Source: Gekko japonicus (taxonomy: Eukaryota). Taken from it: a stretch of DNA of 64,000 nt. The notes beneath the pieces are model-generated. The model saw only the letters and a program-made list of their open reading frames with translations. It made no database searches and had not been told where the DNA came from. Shown one piece after another: positions 26,203 through 40,105 of the stretch. The stretch spans positions 1,049,760 through 1,113,759 of the forward strand of contig NW_015170892.1 in the NCBI RefSeq assembly GCF_001447785.1, written 5' to 3'. Each line of letters opens with the position of its first letter. Position 1 is the stretch's first letter. A program made the translations under genes and the position numbers.

Positions 26203-27507
26203 CTAGCCTTAGGGATGCTTTACAGAAAACATGTTAGGCTACTAAACATTATTTCATGCTTTTTTTCATGCCTTGTTTCAATACTGATAATTCTTGCGTT
26301 GCTTTTTAATGATTTCATTATATTGGTCCTACTATGTGAGTTTCTAGGTGGTATATAAATTCTCTAGGAAAAACCCAACTGATATTCCCAAAGTGATTTT
26401 AGCAGAGCTCCTTTCATGACTAAGAAAAATTGCTTTCCTCTACAAGAATGAGTGAAGTGTTCGGGGGTCAGTGCAGGGATTCCACTTCCCCTCTTCTATC
26501 CACATACTCACATATCCTCTACACCAGTGGAGCTCACTTCACAGCTCACACAGAGGCACATTCATAATTACCTTCAAGTTAAAAAAAAATGACATTTCTT
26601 CCATCACTGGAGGACTCCTGCACCACAGGGAACCTTGCAGCTTACTCATTCTTCTGCAGCAGCTGTTCCTAGGGGGGTACCAACTACCAGCTGCAAAGCC
26701 CCACTGGGGAAGGGCCTTGCCCACTTTCCTCAAACATGGGACAAGTGCCACGTTGGATCATTATGGCCAGAAAAGCCACAGGTGACATGTCAAGGAGCCC
26801 TGCATTGTTCTTGAGCCACTGTGTATCACTGCTCTAGACAAACTTGCTTCGTCTCCCCTCTCTCATACACATGCATCTATATTCTGTAGCCAGTTACTTA
26901 ACTGCCACACCTTACCACTGCTGCTTGCTCATGTTTGCCTTCCAGCATTACAGGAGAAGAGGATAGGGCTGGGATGTAAAAACCACTCCCTATAAGAAGC
27001 ACATTCTGTGTGTGTCTTTGCAGCTGCTGCTGGCAGCTGACATCTGGCATCTGCTTAGTTGTTACCACTCCCTCGTCTCTTCTGAAACCTTCACCTTGTT
27101 TCACTTTAAGGCAGGCTGCTTGCTAGCTTTGGAACACCTGTGCTAAAATAAGAAGGAACTGTATTAACATCTTCAGGCAGCCCTCAGGTTGGCTAGAAGA
27201 ATACTGAACCACGCCTAATGTTTTCAAATTAAAGGGGGAAAAAAGCTACAGATGTACAGCATCTCCCTACATAAACATTTCATCAAGGTAGCTAAAAATA
27301 AAAGGACCAAGAAATCACAGTCTCATCAAACTGTAGAAAACAGTTCACAGCAGAGTCACAGATAGTATGTCAGGATGCTAATTTAGACCTCAAAATTAAA
27401 ATGCCAAGATATGATAAATCCAAGAGTTACCATATAAAGAGAAACCAAATACAAGCAGAGAGATTCCACTAAGTCTGAGCCAAAGTGAGAAAAGGAAGCT
27501 TCATCAA

Positions 27508-27647
27508 GGCTGCAGTCACGCACACTAAATAATCTACTTTCAGTCCACTTTCCAACTGGATTTTGTTAATTCACACAGTAAAATCCAGTTGGAAAGTGCA
27601 CTGAAAGTGGATTGAAAGTGAATTATTTAGTGTGTGTGACCGCAGCC
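27508..27647. mobile_element. Palindromic 140-bp MITE (Harbinger-like)
   Basis: TIR ggctgcagtcacgcacactaaataat / attatttagtgtgtgtgaccgcagcc; inner IR actttccaactggatttt / aaaatccagttggaaagt; flanks caa / cag. Confidence 0.78.
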
Positions 27648-27765
27648 CAGTTAACAGACTGAACTGCTAAGGAGATTATTAACACTAAGGAAAGGATCAC
27701 ATAGTCTGTCTTTTCTTTAGAAAAAAATGTAGAAGTATTTTATATTGATCTCTGATAATACTTTC

Positions 27766-28882
27766 AAGCTGGATTCAGAAAAAAAGAAGAGGCATTTGAG
27801 AGATCATGCTGCAAATTTACATTGGTTACTGGAGCCTATGAGAGAATTTCAGAAGAAAATCAGCTTGTGTTTCATAGATTACAGCAGAGTTTTTGACTGT
27901 GTGGATCATGAAAAGCTATGGTTAGTTTTAAAAGCTATGGGTGTGCCACAGCATCTGATTGTTCTGATGTGCAAACTATTCTCTGGACAAGAGGTGACTG
28001 TTAGGGCAGAATATGAAGAAACAAAATGATTTCCAATTAACAAAGGTGTAAGGCAAGGATCTGTTCAAACTACACGCAGAACATATCATAAGGAAAAGTG
28101 GATTCGATTTAGATGAAAGTGGCGTGAAAATTGAGGGAAAGAACTTTTACTATCTGAGATATGCAGATGGCACCACATTACTGGCAGAAAATAGTGAAAA
28201 CTTGAAACAACTCCCGATGAAACTTAAGGCAGAAAGTGCCAAAGAAGGTTTACATCAAGAAGACAAAAGTAATGACTACTGGAGAATTACAAAACTTTAA
28301 GGTTGATGTTGAAGACATTGGCATTGTTCCAAGACTTTCTATTCCTTGGCTCCATCATCAACGAAAAAGGGAGACTGCAACCAAGAAATCATAAGGAGAC
28401 TGAGACTGGGAAGGGCAACCAAGACTGAGATAACTTATACCACAGTATTCCCCATTACTATGTACAGGTGTAAAATTTGGACAATGAAGAAAGCTGCCGG
28501 GAAGAAAGTCAATTCCTTTGAAATGTGGTGTTTGCTGAGAGTTTTACTGATACCATAGACTGTCAAAAGACAAGTAAGTCGATTCTAGATCAAATGAAGC
28601 CTGAACCCCCTCTAGAAGCTAAAATGACTAATCTAAGGTTATTGTACTTCCATCACATTATGAGGAGACTGGAGTCACTGGAAAAGATAATAATGCTAAG
28701 AATGTTGAAGGAAACAGAAAAAGAGAAAGACCCAACGTGAGATGGATTGACTCATTCAAGGAAGTCACAGCCCTCAGTTTGCAAGACCTGAGCAAGGCTG
28801 TTAACAGTAGGATGTTTTGGAAGTCACTAATTCGTAGGGTCACTGTAGGTCAGAAGCAACTTACTGGCACTTGACACACACA
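27766..28882 (+). mobile_element. RTE-clade (BovB-like) LINE 3' fragment, decayed RT
   Basis: REFQKKISLCFIDYSRVFDCVDHEKLW, GVRQG, LRYADGTTLLAE, FEMWC, RLLYFHHIMRR; (ca)n tail. Confidence 0.88.
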
Positions 28883-29185
28883 CTGATAATACTGACTCAG
28901 GCCTGTGATAAATAAGTATCAGCTGAAACCATTCTAATAAAACGAGTGATCTACAGCCTTTTCTGAACAATAACAATTCTTGCTCCCAGGCCTCTGTAGC
29001 TTTCTAATGTCATCAGCCACAATGGACTTGCTAAGACAGACATTAGCCAAGGTATCAGGCATTGCTTACTGGATACTCCTTCTCTCATACATATACGTCT
29101 GTAACCTGCGTAACCAATGCTCCCTCTAACCTGTGGAGTCTTGTGAGCAAATATTCTACTTTGTGAGCTTACTGGCATTAAAGTT

Positions 29186-29258
29186 GTCTTAAAGGTGCCA
29201 CTGGACTCAAACTTCATTCTGCTGCTTCAGACCAACACGGCTACCCACCTGAATCTAT
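29186..29258 (+). mobile_element. Penelope terminal fragment adjoining a DNA-transposon end (29115-29185, related in reverse to 36470-36545)
   Basis: gtcttaaaggtgccactggactc...acggctacccacctgaa; the neighbouring caatgctccctctaa end is shared with the reverse complement of 36470-36545. Confidence 0.55.
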
Positions 29259-30622
29259 AAATAAAGACTGTCCATCAAAGCTACCAAGGCCATTTCTTGT
29301 TCCATAGCCAGCCAAAGTGAAAAGGGTCAAATGTGTCATTCAGACAATGCTGCAGCTGTTATGCCATCACTCTCTTAACTATTTTCTCAAAAAAAAAAAA
29401 AAGAGGTTTGATACTGGGCTCCAATTGGCTCCAATCTTTCCATCAAACACAGTCTGTTATGTTATAGTTACCTTTTTATGAACAGCCTGCTTTAGTGGCC
29501 TAGGGAAGCCCCTCTTTGAGATTGAAGTACAAATTATATTTATCATATGCTCTTTAATAGCACAAGAGGGGATGGAGTCTAGGCCACATGTGGTGGCCCT
29601 CACACCCCTAAAATCCTAGGGAAAGTAGACTAAAACTATTCATAGAAACAGGACCAGATGGCATTTCAGATGTGTCCAGTACATGATCTATCAGCAACTG
29701 ACATTCAGAGCAGATTTGAGACATTTTATCAGCAAAGAATTGCACAAAGTCATCACAGCTGATAAGCAATTATCTGATGTTCTAGGATTATATACTTGGA
29801 GTCAACAATTAATGAACACCTTTAAAAAAATTGGGCTGAACATGAGCCAACTGATGCAACAGTAGCAGAGAAGTATTGCTTCTCCTGCACCGACTACTCA
29901 TAAGATTTCTAATTCCTCTATAGCATACTGTATCAGATTCAGCCCATTTTGCATCAATGATAATTAAGATGTCTTCCAACTTTCTTTAGCCCTTGAATGC
30001 CACATGACCAGGGGGGCTAGTTTTCTACCTAGGGGTGAAAAGCTAAGGAGAAACCATACCTACAGAGCCTGGCACTCCATGCCCCTATCAAGACTCCAGC
30101 TGAATTACCATTAAGACCCTCAAAATCCCTGCTGAGCATTCTGGAATCCAACCAGATCCTTTAGTCTCTGAAGACAGACCATTTTAACCAGCTCACTGCC
30201 CCTGTGGATAGGAGGCGGCACAACTACCCATCTATGGCACTGGTTGTTTTCCTAACCCCTCATTAGAACCAGGTATTTGCTCAGAACAGATTAAATCCAG
30301 AATATGATATTTTTCATGCACTGGACATATCAGAATCTATGACAGCCCAGCGGCAACCATGAAGTACTAAGCATAGCCTGCTAAGGCCGTTATTATTGAG
30401 TTCTCCAGCACAATCAGTCTGGTGGTACCCAACACCACATCAGTCATCTCTGCCAGCTCACATAAGGCACCTGCTGAAAAGCTAGGGGAAAGTATGTAGG
30501 AGGATATCCAACCAAACCCTGGGATTCAATGCAAGGAACATATAATCAAGGCTAGCAATTGTCAGCTCTGTGAATCGACGAAAGCAAGCAGGAATAGCAT
30601 GTGGCAGGCCCTTATTAACAAA

Positions 30623-30997
30623 GGCCCCGGTCACACGCAGAAATTGCCACGGAGAATCACAAATGCTGGGCGGATTATACGGGCACGAGCAGATGGAAAC
30701 ATCTGGCAAGTGTCGTGCACCCACTGCTACCCTGTAGAGTACCGCCGAAGGTCTGGAGTTAAAAAGTACCTGGGGAAGGCTACTATCAAACAGTTTGCTA
30801 CAGGGTGTAGATGGACTGTCTCCGTCTGATCGCTCCAGCGCGCTCCTCTTGCCTCAGTGAAGCGTGCCGGAAACACGCACCAACGAAAAAAACGTGGTTC
30901 GCCACCGTCGCATCTGATCGCATAGTGGTGGCTCAAATTATGACAGCGCAAATAACCATGCCCCCCCCCGCGTTATCTGGCCCGTGTGATCAGGGCC
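30623..30997. mobile_element. PIF/Harbinger-like MITE, same TIR family as 8489-8857
   Basis: TIR ggccccggtcacacg / cgtgtgatcagggcc; 3-bp TSD aaa. Confidence 0.78.
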
Positions 30998-31044
30998 AAA
31001 CATGCAAATGCACACATAGATATTTTACTGGGGGGGGGGAATAA

Positions 31045-31180
31045 AGACATTCTTTAGCTGACCTAGTCATCATTCTTCAGTGAAGGAACTTGCAAAGGGA
31101 GACTCCAGAGATAAATTGCTGAATTAGAATTCATCAGTACATTTGAGAGTGTTAACACCTTCCTTAGCTACTGTAGATAC
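31045..31180 (+). mobile_element. Decayed Penelope ORF C-terminal fragment
   Basis: HSLADL...RLQR.IAELEFI-like translation across frameshifts. Confidence 0.45.
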
Positions 31181-31756
31181 TGAACATAACTGATACAGAG
31201 TAAAAAGTACTGAAAGTAAGAAGTCTCTCTTGCACATAAATTCTAAAGCCAGATGTCTGACCATCTTGCACTAAATGTCTTTAGAATCCACATTCATTAC
31301 TTTTGTTTGCACCTTTCATCTGTCAGTATATAGTTGACTTACAGCAGTTTATCATTTGGGTATGTAATCCTATATTAAAATCCATCCAATTTCACCTCCA
31401 TGCTAGCAACAATGATTTGTACACCATTCTTATATAGACAAATGTTTTGAACTGGGCTGTAGAGTGAGGATCAAAAAATCCACACAATGGAGCCAGGACA
31501 GTCATGGGAAATTTTTCTACTAGCCTGGAAGAAGTCTCTGGTTTGCAGAAAAATATGAAATGTAACAAAAAGTAAACAATTGTGCTTTAAAAAACTAAAA
31601 TCATAGAACCACTGCATGCTTCTTTAAGAAAAGGATGACTGTAATATCTCTCAAAACTACGTTGTGAAGTCTTGATGACTATTTTGGGGGTTCATAGGCA
31701 ACCACCAACTAATATTGCCAAAATTCCAAACTTCAGTTAGTATGGGGGGGGGACTA

Positions 31757-32062
31757 TCTAAAAAAAGTAAAAGATCAGAGGGAGGAGAGGTAAACCTGGA
31801 GTGAGAAGGAGCAAAAAAAAAAAGTAAAAAAAGAAAGCTGAGGATGGAAAAGGGAAACAGAAAAGGTAAGTGGGTGAGAAGAACAGAGATTGCCAGGGAA
31901 GAAACAGAAAAAGGTATGCATTTTGGTGCAAGGAGAAAGAGATACTAAAGAAGGGGAGGAGAGGTTTCAGGCACTGCCGAGGAGGGAAAAGTGAAAGCAA
32001 GAGGAACAGAGGGAATGGGTAGATGAGGACCACCCCCCAAGTCCACACAGGTACCCCACTTG
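31757..32062 (+). mobile_element. Helitron-like element (CTTG end)
   Basis: A|TCTAAAAAAAG start; ccccccaagtccacacaggtaccccaCTTG|T end; purine-rich interior. Confidence 0.5.
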
Positions 32063-32719
32063 TAATTAACTAATGGTAAAAAGGAAAGAAACTAGATGAA
32101 GAGATAGCAATGCATTACTAAATTCAAGCATTTCTCAAGAATAGTATATAAAATGCGAGCATTCAGTGAATGACAAATGTTATAGGGAACACTTGAAAAT
32201 ATCATTCATATACCTTTCTGTTCTAATTGAAGAGCTACATATTAGCCCAGTGTTGCTACTTGATAGGCCATATTCAATTATTTTGACTGCCTGATGTTTT
32301 GTGTTTGTAAAGAATCTAGTATAATATTAGTAGTTCACCAGAGTTGAGTTTCCAGTTCACATGAAAAGGAACAGTCAAGTGCATTAGCAGTCTGTTCATG
32401 AAACACTTGCTTTTCTTTTGGTTCCTATCTTTTTCCATTTATCTTACAGTGGTATAATTGTCATCTGAGGTCACACAGATTTGACTTAAAAAATGGAGCC
32501 ACTGTGTTAAGAAGAACAGAAGTTCTCCTTTAGTTCCAGATATATACAGCACTATGTCATAAGAATGCACCCTTCCTGCTTCCTCTCTCCATTTTCTAAT
32601 TTAAAAAAAAAGATAATCGAAACAGTGAAATGGAAAACTACTGTAGGCTGCCCTGATGACACAAGATATACTGCAACTCCACTCTGCTGCCAAGATAGAA
32701 AATATAATTAACATCTTAC

Positions 32720-32870
32720 TGTCATCCAGCTCAAGACAGAGATTATATACAGCAACGGGCCTCTTATTACGTTGCCCTTGTCTTCTTGATTGTCGTGGTG
32801 GGGCATTTGGAGGGGACACCGACACAGAGATTGGCTCAGAAAGAGTGGCATCAGGCAGAGTTTGGAAAAT
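32720..32870 (-). CDS. ARHGAP10: ARHGAP10 coding exon (151 nt): IFQTLPDATLSEPISVSVSPPNAPPRQSRRQGQRNKRPVAVYNLCLELDD
   Basis: cag acceptor, gtaaga donor; SPPNAPPRQS..QGQR.KRPVAVYNLCLEL matches ARHGAP10 as I recall it rather than ARHGAP26, ARHGAP42 or OPHN1. Confidence 0.95.
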
Positions 32871-33557
32871 CTGTAATAAAGAGCATAACAGGCATTAATT
32901 ATTTACTATCAACAGCAACCTGTATTAATGCAACTGTAAACCATTATCAAATAACATTTGCTTTGGATTCTGTTCAAGGGAGAAAGGAGCCAAAACTCCA
33001 TTCTTCAAATTCTGGGATTGTGCCATGACTCCTTAAAAATAATAAATACAATTTTAAAGCATAAAAATATAGTCTACACATTAACTGCTCTGTGAATCAC
33101 TTAATCCACAGACTTAGGTATGTGAAACTGAGCTTGCCAGCTGGTAGGAAAAGCGAAATATTTCTTTATGAGCCACCAAGCCAAGAGAGAGGTTCTACCA
33201 TTTCACTGAAGCCATGTATTTTTTGCCAGAGCCTCCATCATAATTATCAAAGCTGATGACAGTCAAAGGATTATATTCCCTTCTGCTATATTTTTCCAAT
33301 TAGCATTATTTGGGGATTGGTTATCTTTCCCCCAGAGAGAGCTAAAGGAAAGAACAGCTTACTCAACTTTCTCAAATGCAGTCATTACACTCAGCAACAA
33401 TGCACATAGTTATTAACTACTGGAACACATAACATCACAAACACTGTAGTGATTACACACCTCTAAATTAACGCTCATCTCTAATATGTGATCACTAAAA
33501 CACTGATGCCATTTAAATTGTTCCAGTTGGAGTGGGGGTGTCCTTTTTTGTTGTACC

Positions 33558-34069
33558 AGAACATAAGAAGAGCCCTGCTGCATCAGACCAGTAGTCCATC
33601 TAGTCCAGTACCCTGTCTCACAGAGTGACCAACCAGTTCCTCTGAAGGCCACCAACAGGATGTAGAAGCTGAGGCCTTCCCCTGCTGTTGCCTCATGGCC
33701 CTGGGGTTCAGAGGTTGACTGCCTCTGAATCTGCAGGTTCCCCTCAGTCACCATGGACAGCAGCCACTGATAGACCTATCTTGCATAAATCTATCTAATC
33801 CCCCTTTAAAGCTGTCTACGCCTGTGGCTGTCACTACATCCTCTGGCAGCTAATTCCACATTTTAATCACTTGCTGTGTAAAACAGTGTTTCCTTTTGCC
33901 CATCCTGAACCTACTGCCCATCAGCTTCATTGGATGCCCTCATGTTCTAGTATTTCGGGAGAGGGATAAAAATGTCTCTTTTTCAACTCCCTCCACCGCA
34001 TGCATAATTTTATAAACCTCTATCATTTCATGTCCCCCCCCTTAGTCGTCTCTTTTCTAAACTGAAAAG
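33558..34069 (-). mobile_element. CR1 LINE 3' fragment, same family as 8858-9645
   Basis: Colinear similarity to 8861-9360; agaacataagaa tail. Confidence 0.88.
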
Positions 34070-34637
34070 TATTGTTCTTAGGATTTTATTATCACAAGCC
34101 TCTTCATGGATATTTAGAGAGAGAACTGGAGGATAAACCCATTAAATGAATATCTGCCAGCATTCCTGTTTATATAACTACTATTTGCTACAGAAATAGA
34201 CAGACAGGTTCCTATCAACAGCCTACCACGTGCTCCTTTCCTGGTGCCTTGGGCAAACCTAGCAGACACAAGAGCAAAGACTTTTCTTCCAAATAGGCAC
34301 TTTCTGCATGGGGACAGAATCCTTCAATACACACTGACATGTTACAACTTCTGTATTTTGCCTTTACTGTAGCTTTAGCCGCAGCCGCCACCGCCCACCC
34401 TCTCTTTGTTCTAATATTGGTACAGCAAATGCTGTCAACTTAGCCTAGCAAGGGCACACTTGACATCAATATCTAATCAACAATCCAGCTAGAGCCATTG
34501 GGGGGGGGGGGTGCATGCATGCACACATTCTATGTATATGTTTAGAGACAAAAGTTATACCCTAAAGAGCATGTTGTTGGGTGCCTTTTTATGTTTATTT
34601 CTTTTGCACTATGCATTTCTTCTTCAGCATGTAGAAA

Positions 34638-34639
<2 letters not shown>

Positions 34640-34724
<85 letters not shown>
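34640..34724. repeat. Compound microsatellite (TG)n(AG)n
   Basis: Seen directly. Confidence 0.98.
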
Positions 34725-34725
<1 letters not shown>

Positions 34726-37054
34726 AGCTGTGTGCATACACATTTGTGTTGGGAGGGGTGAAAAAAGATACCTAACCAACAGAATGGCCAAGTTAATATT
34801 CTGATATGAAATCAGTGAGGTGGATGGGGAAAGGCATTTTGTCGTCTAAAGAAAGCCACACAGGGCATACGGTTTTCATTCTGCATGATTAGGATTTGGT
34901 GGTGGTTGTTGTTGTTGTTTGGGGGGGTTCAGTCACATGCAAATATTTCATTACACCTCTAACAAGTAATTGGAATTAGAAATAATAAGAAATAAAAATA
35001 ACACCATCAAACCATTAATAATACAAGCTAAAACAATTACACAATGAATTACAAATGTAAGCAAAGCAAATACGGTAAAAGGCAAGATGCAACTAATGAG
35101 TCTATCCAAAATGGTTGAAAACATTAGTTCAATAAAAGCCCTGCATGCGACACTTGGGAAATAATCATGAAGCAGTGAAACTGCTTTGCAAGTCCAAAAT
35201 GACTGTCCTAATAATAGCTCAGGGAAGCCACTGTGTTGTACTGTGGAAGAAAAGCACAAGCCTAGCTACTGTGAAGGGCCACGTCATGGTTCCCAAAGGC
35301 ATCGTACCAATAACACGCAATATTTGACCTTAAAGTACAGAAGATAAAAATAAACACAAGTCAGGTCTGCTCTGGTATAATCATGGCCCCTGAGCAGCTC
35401 AACCTGAAATGCAGCAGCAGCAATATCCTGTGGCTGACTCTAACTTGCAGAACACTGGCTTCCTTATGAGGATACCACCACCTTCCTGGAAGAGGTAGGA
35501 AAGTCCCAAAGCTAAACTTTAAACTTCTTCCTGTGGTCCACTACGTGCAGCATAATACATAATACACTGGCTCTCATGTCACTTCTGAAAACAGAACTTG
35601 TTCTGCCAAGACATTTAAGAACATGGCCCTAAATCACAAGCATCAATAGTAAGTTCTATTGTACTACTGGAAACAAGGTGTAGTGAGTAGCCTTACTGCC
35701 TTTTAAATCTAAAGTAACTTCTTCAACCATTTTGGATTAATTCATTTGTGGAATCCAGATTGCTGCCTAGCATCATGAGACAACTGGATAGCAGGGTAGA
35801 GCATGTTTAGTGGAGAACGGGGGGCGGGGGGAAGAGTTCCAGAAGGATATGAAGGTACTGCCGACATTGGTAAAGAGTGATTGAAGGGAATTGCATTTGC
35901 GGGGGGGGGGCAGACTCTGCTGGGTACCAGAGAGCCATCTTATCAGTACATGGTATAAAAGTGGACCCTCCTATATGGATATAAAATAATACCAGATGTT
36001 AACTGATAAGGGGGTTAATAAAATAATTCTGTATCAAAGTGTTCCTACTCCAGACTACAAATGAAAGGGAAGGAATTTAAAGGGATAAGAGTATGTGACC
36101 GGTGTTTTACTGTTTAATTTCAACATTTAAATAACTGTAGTTACTACTAGAGATTCAACAACTTTACATGAGACAACGATGACTTTCTGGTACTAAGGGT
36201 CTCTTGTCTTAGTTTTATCTAAGAGTTCTAAACAGACTTCCTGCTTTTCAGAACCAGAAACACACACTCTTTACATAATTAATGATAAACTGGAAAGCAA
36301 GGCTAATTATTTATTTCTGGTGGGTAGTTCACAAAAAGCCCCATCTAGTCAAAAGTGGAAAGCAACTTGTACCTATATGGGTTTTTTTAGCCTCTGGCTC
36401 ATACATTTTTGCCTTAGTTCAGGAAGGATGGCTCCAGGGTAAACGAATTTATGCAGTAGCCAAATCGCTCGCTCACAACTTTATTCCCAGTAGCTCACAA
36501 AGTAGAATTTTTGCTCACAAGACCACAACTTAGAGGGAACATTGCTCCCAAGGGGACTCCAGTCCTCTTTCCTTTTCTACCCGTGGAAAATCTAGTGGGA
36601 CCTAACCTTTGGTTTAATTTTATATTCTTAATAAAGGTATTGTTGTTTTTAAACATTTTATTTTTATTGGTATTATTGATTTTGCTAGCCATCCTTACAG
36701 CCATAGGCCATAAGGTAAAATATGAAAAATCATAGAAATACCACTTTGTAGCGAACAAGACTTTTTGCCACATAAACTATCTGCAGGGATACCCATGGGG
36801 TTGCTATACATATAACTTGACATTTTTCCACTTTAAATTGCTGGCTTATATATATATATCACAAGTATCTGTAGAATGTAAATTTAATTATTCAATGAAT
36901 CAACACTGTCATTTCTCATCAGAGATTATTACTGGGTTTAAATTTCCCTCTTAATTTTCAGGTTTTATTAAACCAGTAAAACCTGTAATAATTTAAACAT
37001 TGTTGAGAAGTGTAGATAAAAATGTCCTATAGTGTTTGAAATCTAAATCCTGAC

Positions 37055-37232
37055 AAAGAAAAGATTCGAGTCCCATAGCACCTTAGAGACCAACAAGATT
37101 TTGGGGGTAGAAACATTCAAGAATCAAAGCTCTGACTCTCGAAAGCTTATGCCCCCAAATCTTGTTGGTCTCTAAGGTGCTATGGGACTCGAATCTGGCT
37201 CTCCTATTGTCCATCAACATGGCTACCCTCTG
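37055..37232. mobile_element. Penelope-like element terminal inverted fragment (fold-back)
   Basis: agattcgagtcccatagcaccttagagaccaacaagattt is inverted as aaatcttgttggtctctaaggtgctatgggactcgaatct; ggtctctaaggtgc is a typical reptile Penelope end. Confidence 0.7.
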
Positions 37233-37458
37233 AAACAAAATTCTCCCTTGGCTGTCAGATAGGGTTTCATAGGACAGGTGGGAACTGTACACAAATACTG
37301 CTTTATAATTCTTCTTTAGCACTGCCTCATCCTCCAACTTTGGGATTCTGGTCCTGTGTACAATCACAAGTGAGGGCCAAACTACATAACATTTTCTAAA
37401 CAACCTGCCTTGGTTTCCCCTCAGCCACACAGCAGCTATGGAAATGTTCTGTGTAGTG

Positions 37459-37745
37459 GTTTGGTGTAGTGGTTAAGTGTGCAGACTCTAATCTGGGAGA
37501 ACCGGGTTTGATTCCCCACTCCTCCACTTGCCCCTGGCTGGATGACCTTGGGCAAGCCGTAGTTCTGATAAGAGCTGTTCTTGAAAAAGAGCAGTTTCTA
37601 TCAAGAGCTCTCTCAGCCCCACCTACCTCACAGGGTGTCTGTTGTGGGGAGGGGAAGGGAAAGGAGTCTGTAAGCCGCTCTGAGACACCTTTGGGTAGTG
37701 AAGGGCGGGGTATAAATCCAATCTCTTCTTCTTCTTCTTCTTCTT
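37459..37745 (+). mobile_element. Squam3-like tRNA SINE, full length
   Basis: A box tggtgtagtggttaag, B box ggtttgattccc, L2-like 3' part gggcggggtataaat, (ctt)n tail. Confidence 0.8.
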
Positions 37746-39329
37746 AAAAGTGGTGGTGGTGGGATTCAACTTGGGAACAAGACATAAGGACACAATGACC
37801 TCCTGCCCCCCCCCAACACACACCATTTTCCCAAGCCAAAACAGACCTGGGGGAAGTTACCTGCCCTATTTTGGAGCTGCCCTCTGGGAACACTTCAGGT
37901 CAGGAAAAGAGCAGGGGGGGGGGGAAGCAGGAGCCCTTCCTCTCCCCGTGCCATGGTCTCAAGCTGAATTGGGCCCCCACAGACATTTAAAATGACATCC
38001 TCCAAACCAGCTCTGTGGTTGCCAGGAAAGGGAGTCAGCTTCATGGAACCTGGACCCAACATGTTAAAAAAACATATTATGTAGTTTGGTCCTCCCACTG
38101 CACTCTGAGTAACACAGAAATCTGTGTTTAAAAGACTACTACTGCTTATATGTGCAACTGGGTCCAAACTTCTTAAGCCAAGCAAGTACATGTCTGGGGA
38201 TGGAAGGCATCCTGGAAACCTTAATTTCATGGGAGAAGAAAGGTCTAACAGCAGCAGTAGTAATTCTAATATGCAAAAATGCATATGGAATGATACATAG
38301 GTCCATTTTACCTTGTGCCATTTTAATAAAGTAGACAATTGTAGCATTTTCTATGCACACTGGGTGTTCATGTGCACATTCTTGCTGAATGGGATTAAAT
38401 GTAACTATAAAAGCCTGTGTATACTTGTCCCATAATCACTAGCACAAAAAATTACTGGTAAGATGGCCAGCTATGAAACCTTGTTTTAAAAATCCAAGGT
38501 TAAAATCTAACATATGGTCTTTCATCACTTGCAATTTATGAATTTGTTAACTCAGCCTTTTCTAAAAGTAGTACGCTTGGTACAAAGGCTGCAGCTTTCT
38601 TTGTGTTCTGATCATATTCCCCATTTAACAATTCATGACTTGAACATTCCCAATAGTAGCTATTATTTGAAGAATAAAAGACAGTTAACAAATATACCAG
38701 GACTGAAATATTAACACCTGCCAAAGGTATGAACAAATATAGTGGACTCATCTGGTACTTTCCACTACTACCTCAGTATCAAGAATGTTTTAAAAGTGCT
38801 ACTTCTGGTAAAGACATGAGCAAAACAAATTAGCTTTTCCTGACAATTCATTTTTAAAAACTATACTTTATTCACTAGTTCTGTACTCAATCCTATTCCA
38901 CAGCCTTTCTAAACACTGCTTATATGAATAGATTGATTAAAATAAACAGGCACTTCAGAACTATGTGGTTTGTTTGTTTTTTCTTATCTACCAAGATAGT
39001 GGAAAAAGACAAAAGGACGGATAACAAACTTTAGGTTGCCTGTACACAGCTAAAGAATATCAAGCCTGGAACATGATTTGGGCCATCTACCTAATCTGCT
39101 TGCTTTATCTTTCTTAACTGACAACGGGAGAATCCACATAGTATAGATGTCTAGATCACCTTCCACAGAAGATCAGACATTAGAACTGAAAACAAGTTGC
39201 ACTCTCTTAGGAACTTTTAAATTAGTCAACAGCAAGACCATTCAAGGTCACAGAATAAGTCTAAGGCTTCTCTGCTCCTACACCTATTGGCATAATTGCA
39301 CATCTGTTTCGTGCATCAATTCGAGTTAA

Positions 39330-39865
39330 ATTTATGTATTTATTTATTTATTTGATTTATACCCCACCCTCCCTGCCAGAGCAGGCTCAGGGCAGCTAAC
39401 AATGCCACAGGTGTTATAAAACAGTAAAAACAATTTAACAATTTAAAACCATCAGAGCATTTAAAAGTACAACACTTAAAAGATAGCGGAAACTGTCTTA
39501 TTGTCCACCATAGGGAAATCAGCAGCTGGTGTCTGGCTCCTTAGGGCTTAGTTCTCTAATATGGGCACAGATGTTAAGCCGGTGGCCAAGAGTAGATTGT
39601 AGGGCATAGTATTTGGCTAGATAGTAGGCCATTTAATGTGGCATCTCGCTCAAACACTTGGTGGAAGAGATCTGTCTTGCACGCCTTGCAGAATTTTAAT
39701 AAATCCCGCAGGGCCCTGATGTCCTCAGGGAGCTCGTTCCACCAAAGCGGAGCTGCCACGGAAAAGGCTCTAACTCTGGTTGTGGCGTCTGGCATCTTTC
39801 ATGCTGGGGAGAACAAGGAGGTTCTGTGAACCTGACTGCAGTACTCTCTGGGGAACATATGGTTC
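39330..39865 (-). mobile_element. L2 3' fragment
   Basis: ORF 39574..39795 RAFSVAAPLWWNELPEDIR...CKTDLF; (aaat)n tail on the minus strand. Confidence 0.8.
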
Positions 39866-40105
39866 CCCAGAGCTGGTTATGATGATTTACTTTTCAGTCC
39901 CAGAGATTTCAAGATCAAAATGCATGGCCCATCTCTCTCACACACACTGAAATCAGTGGAACTGGAATGTCTTTAAATTTGGCTGGATCATGCCCACATG
40001 TTATAATACAGTTTAACTAAAATCATGTGAGAACCACAGAAAACCAGATATCTTACCCATAACTGATACTCTTCCAAGTGATTAACTGTGAAATTTTATA
40101 TGTAA

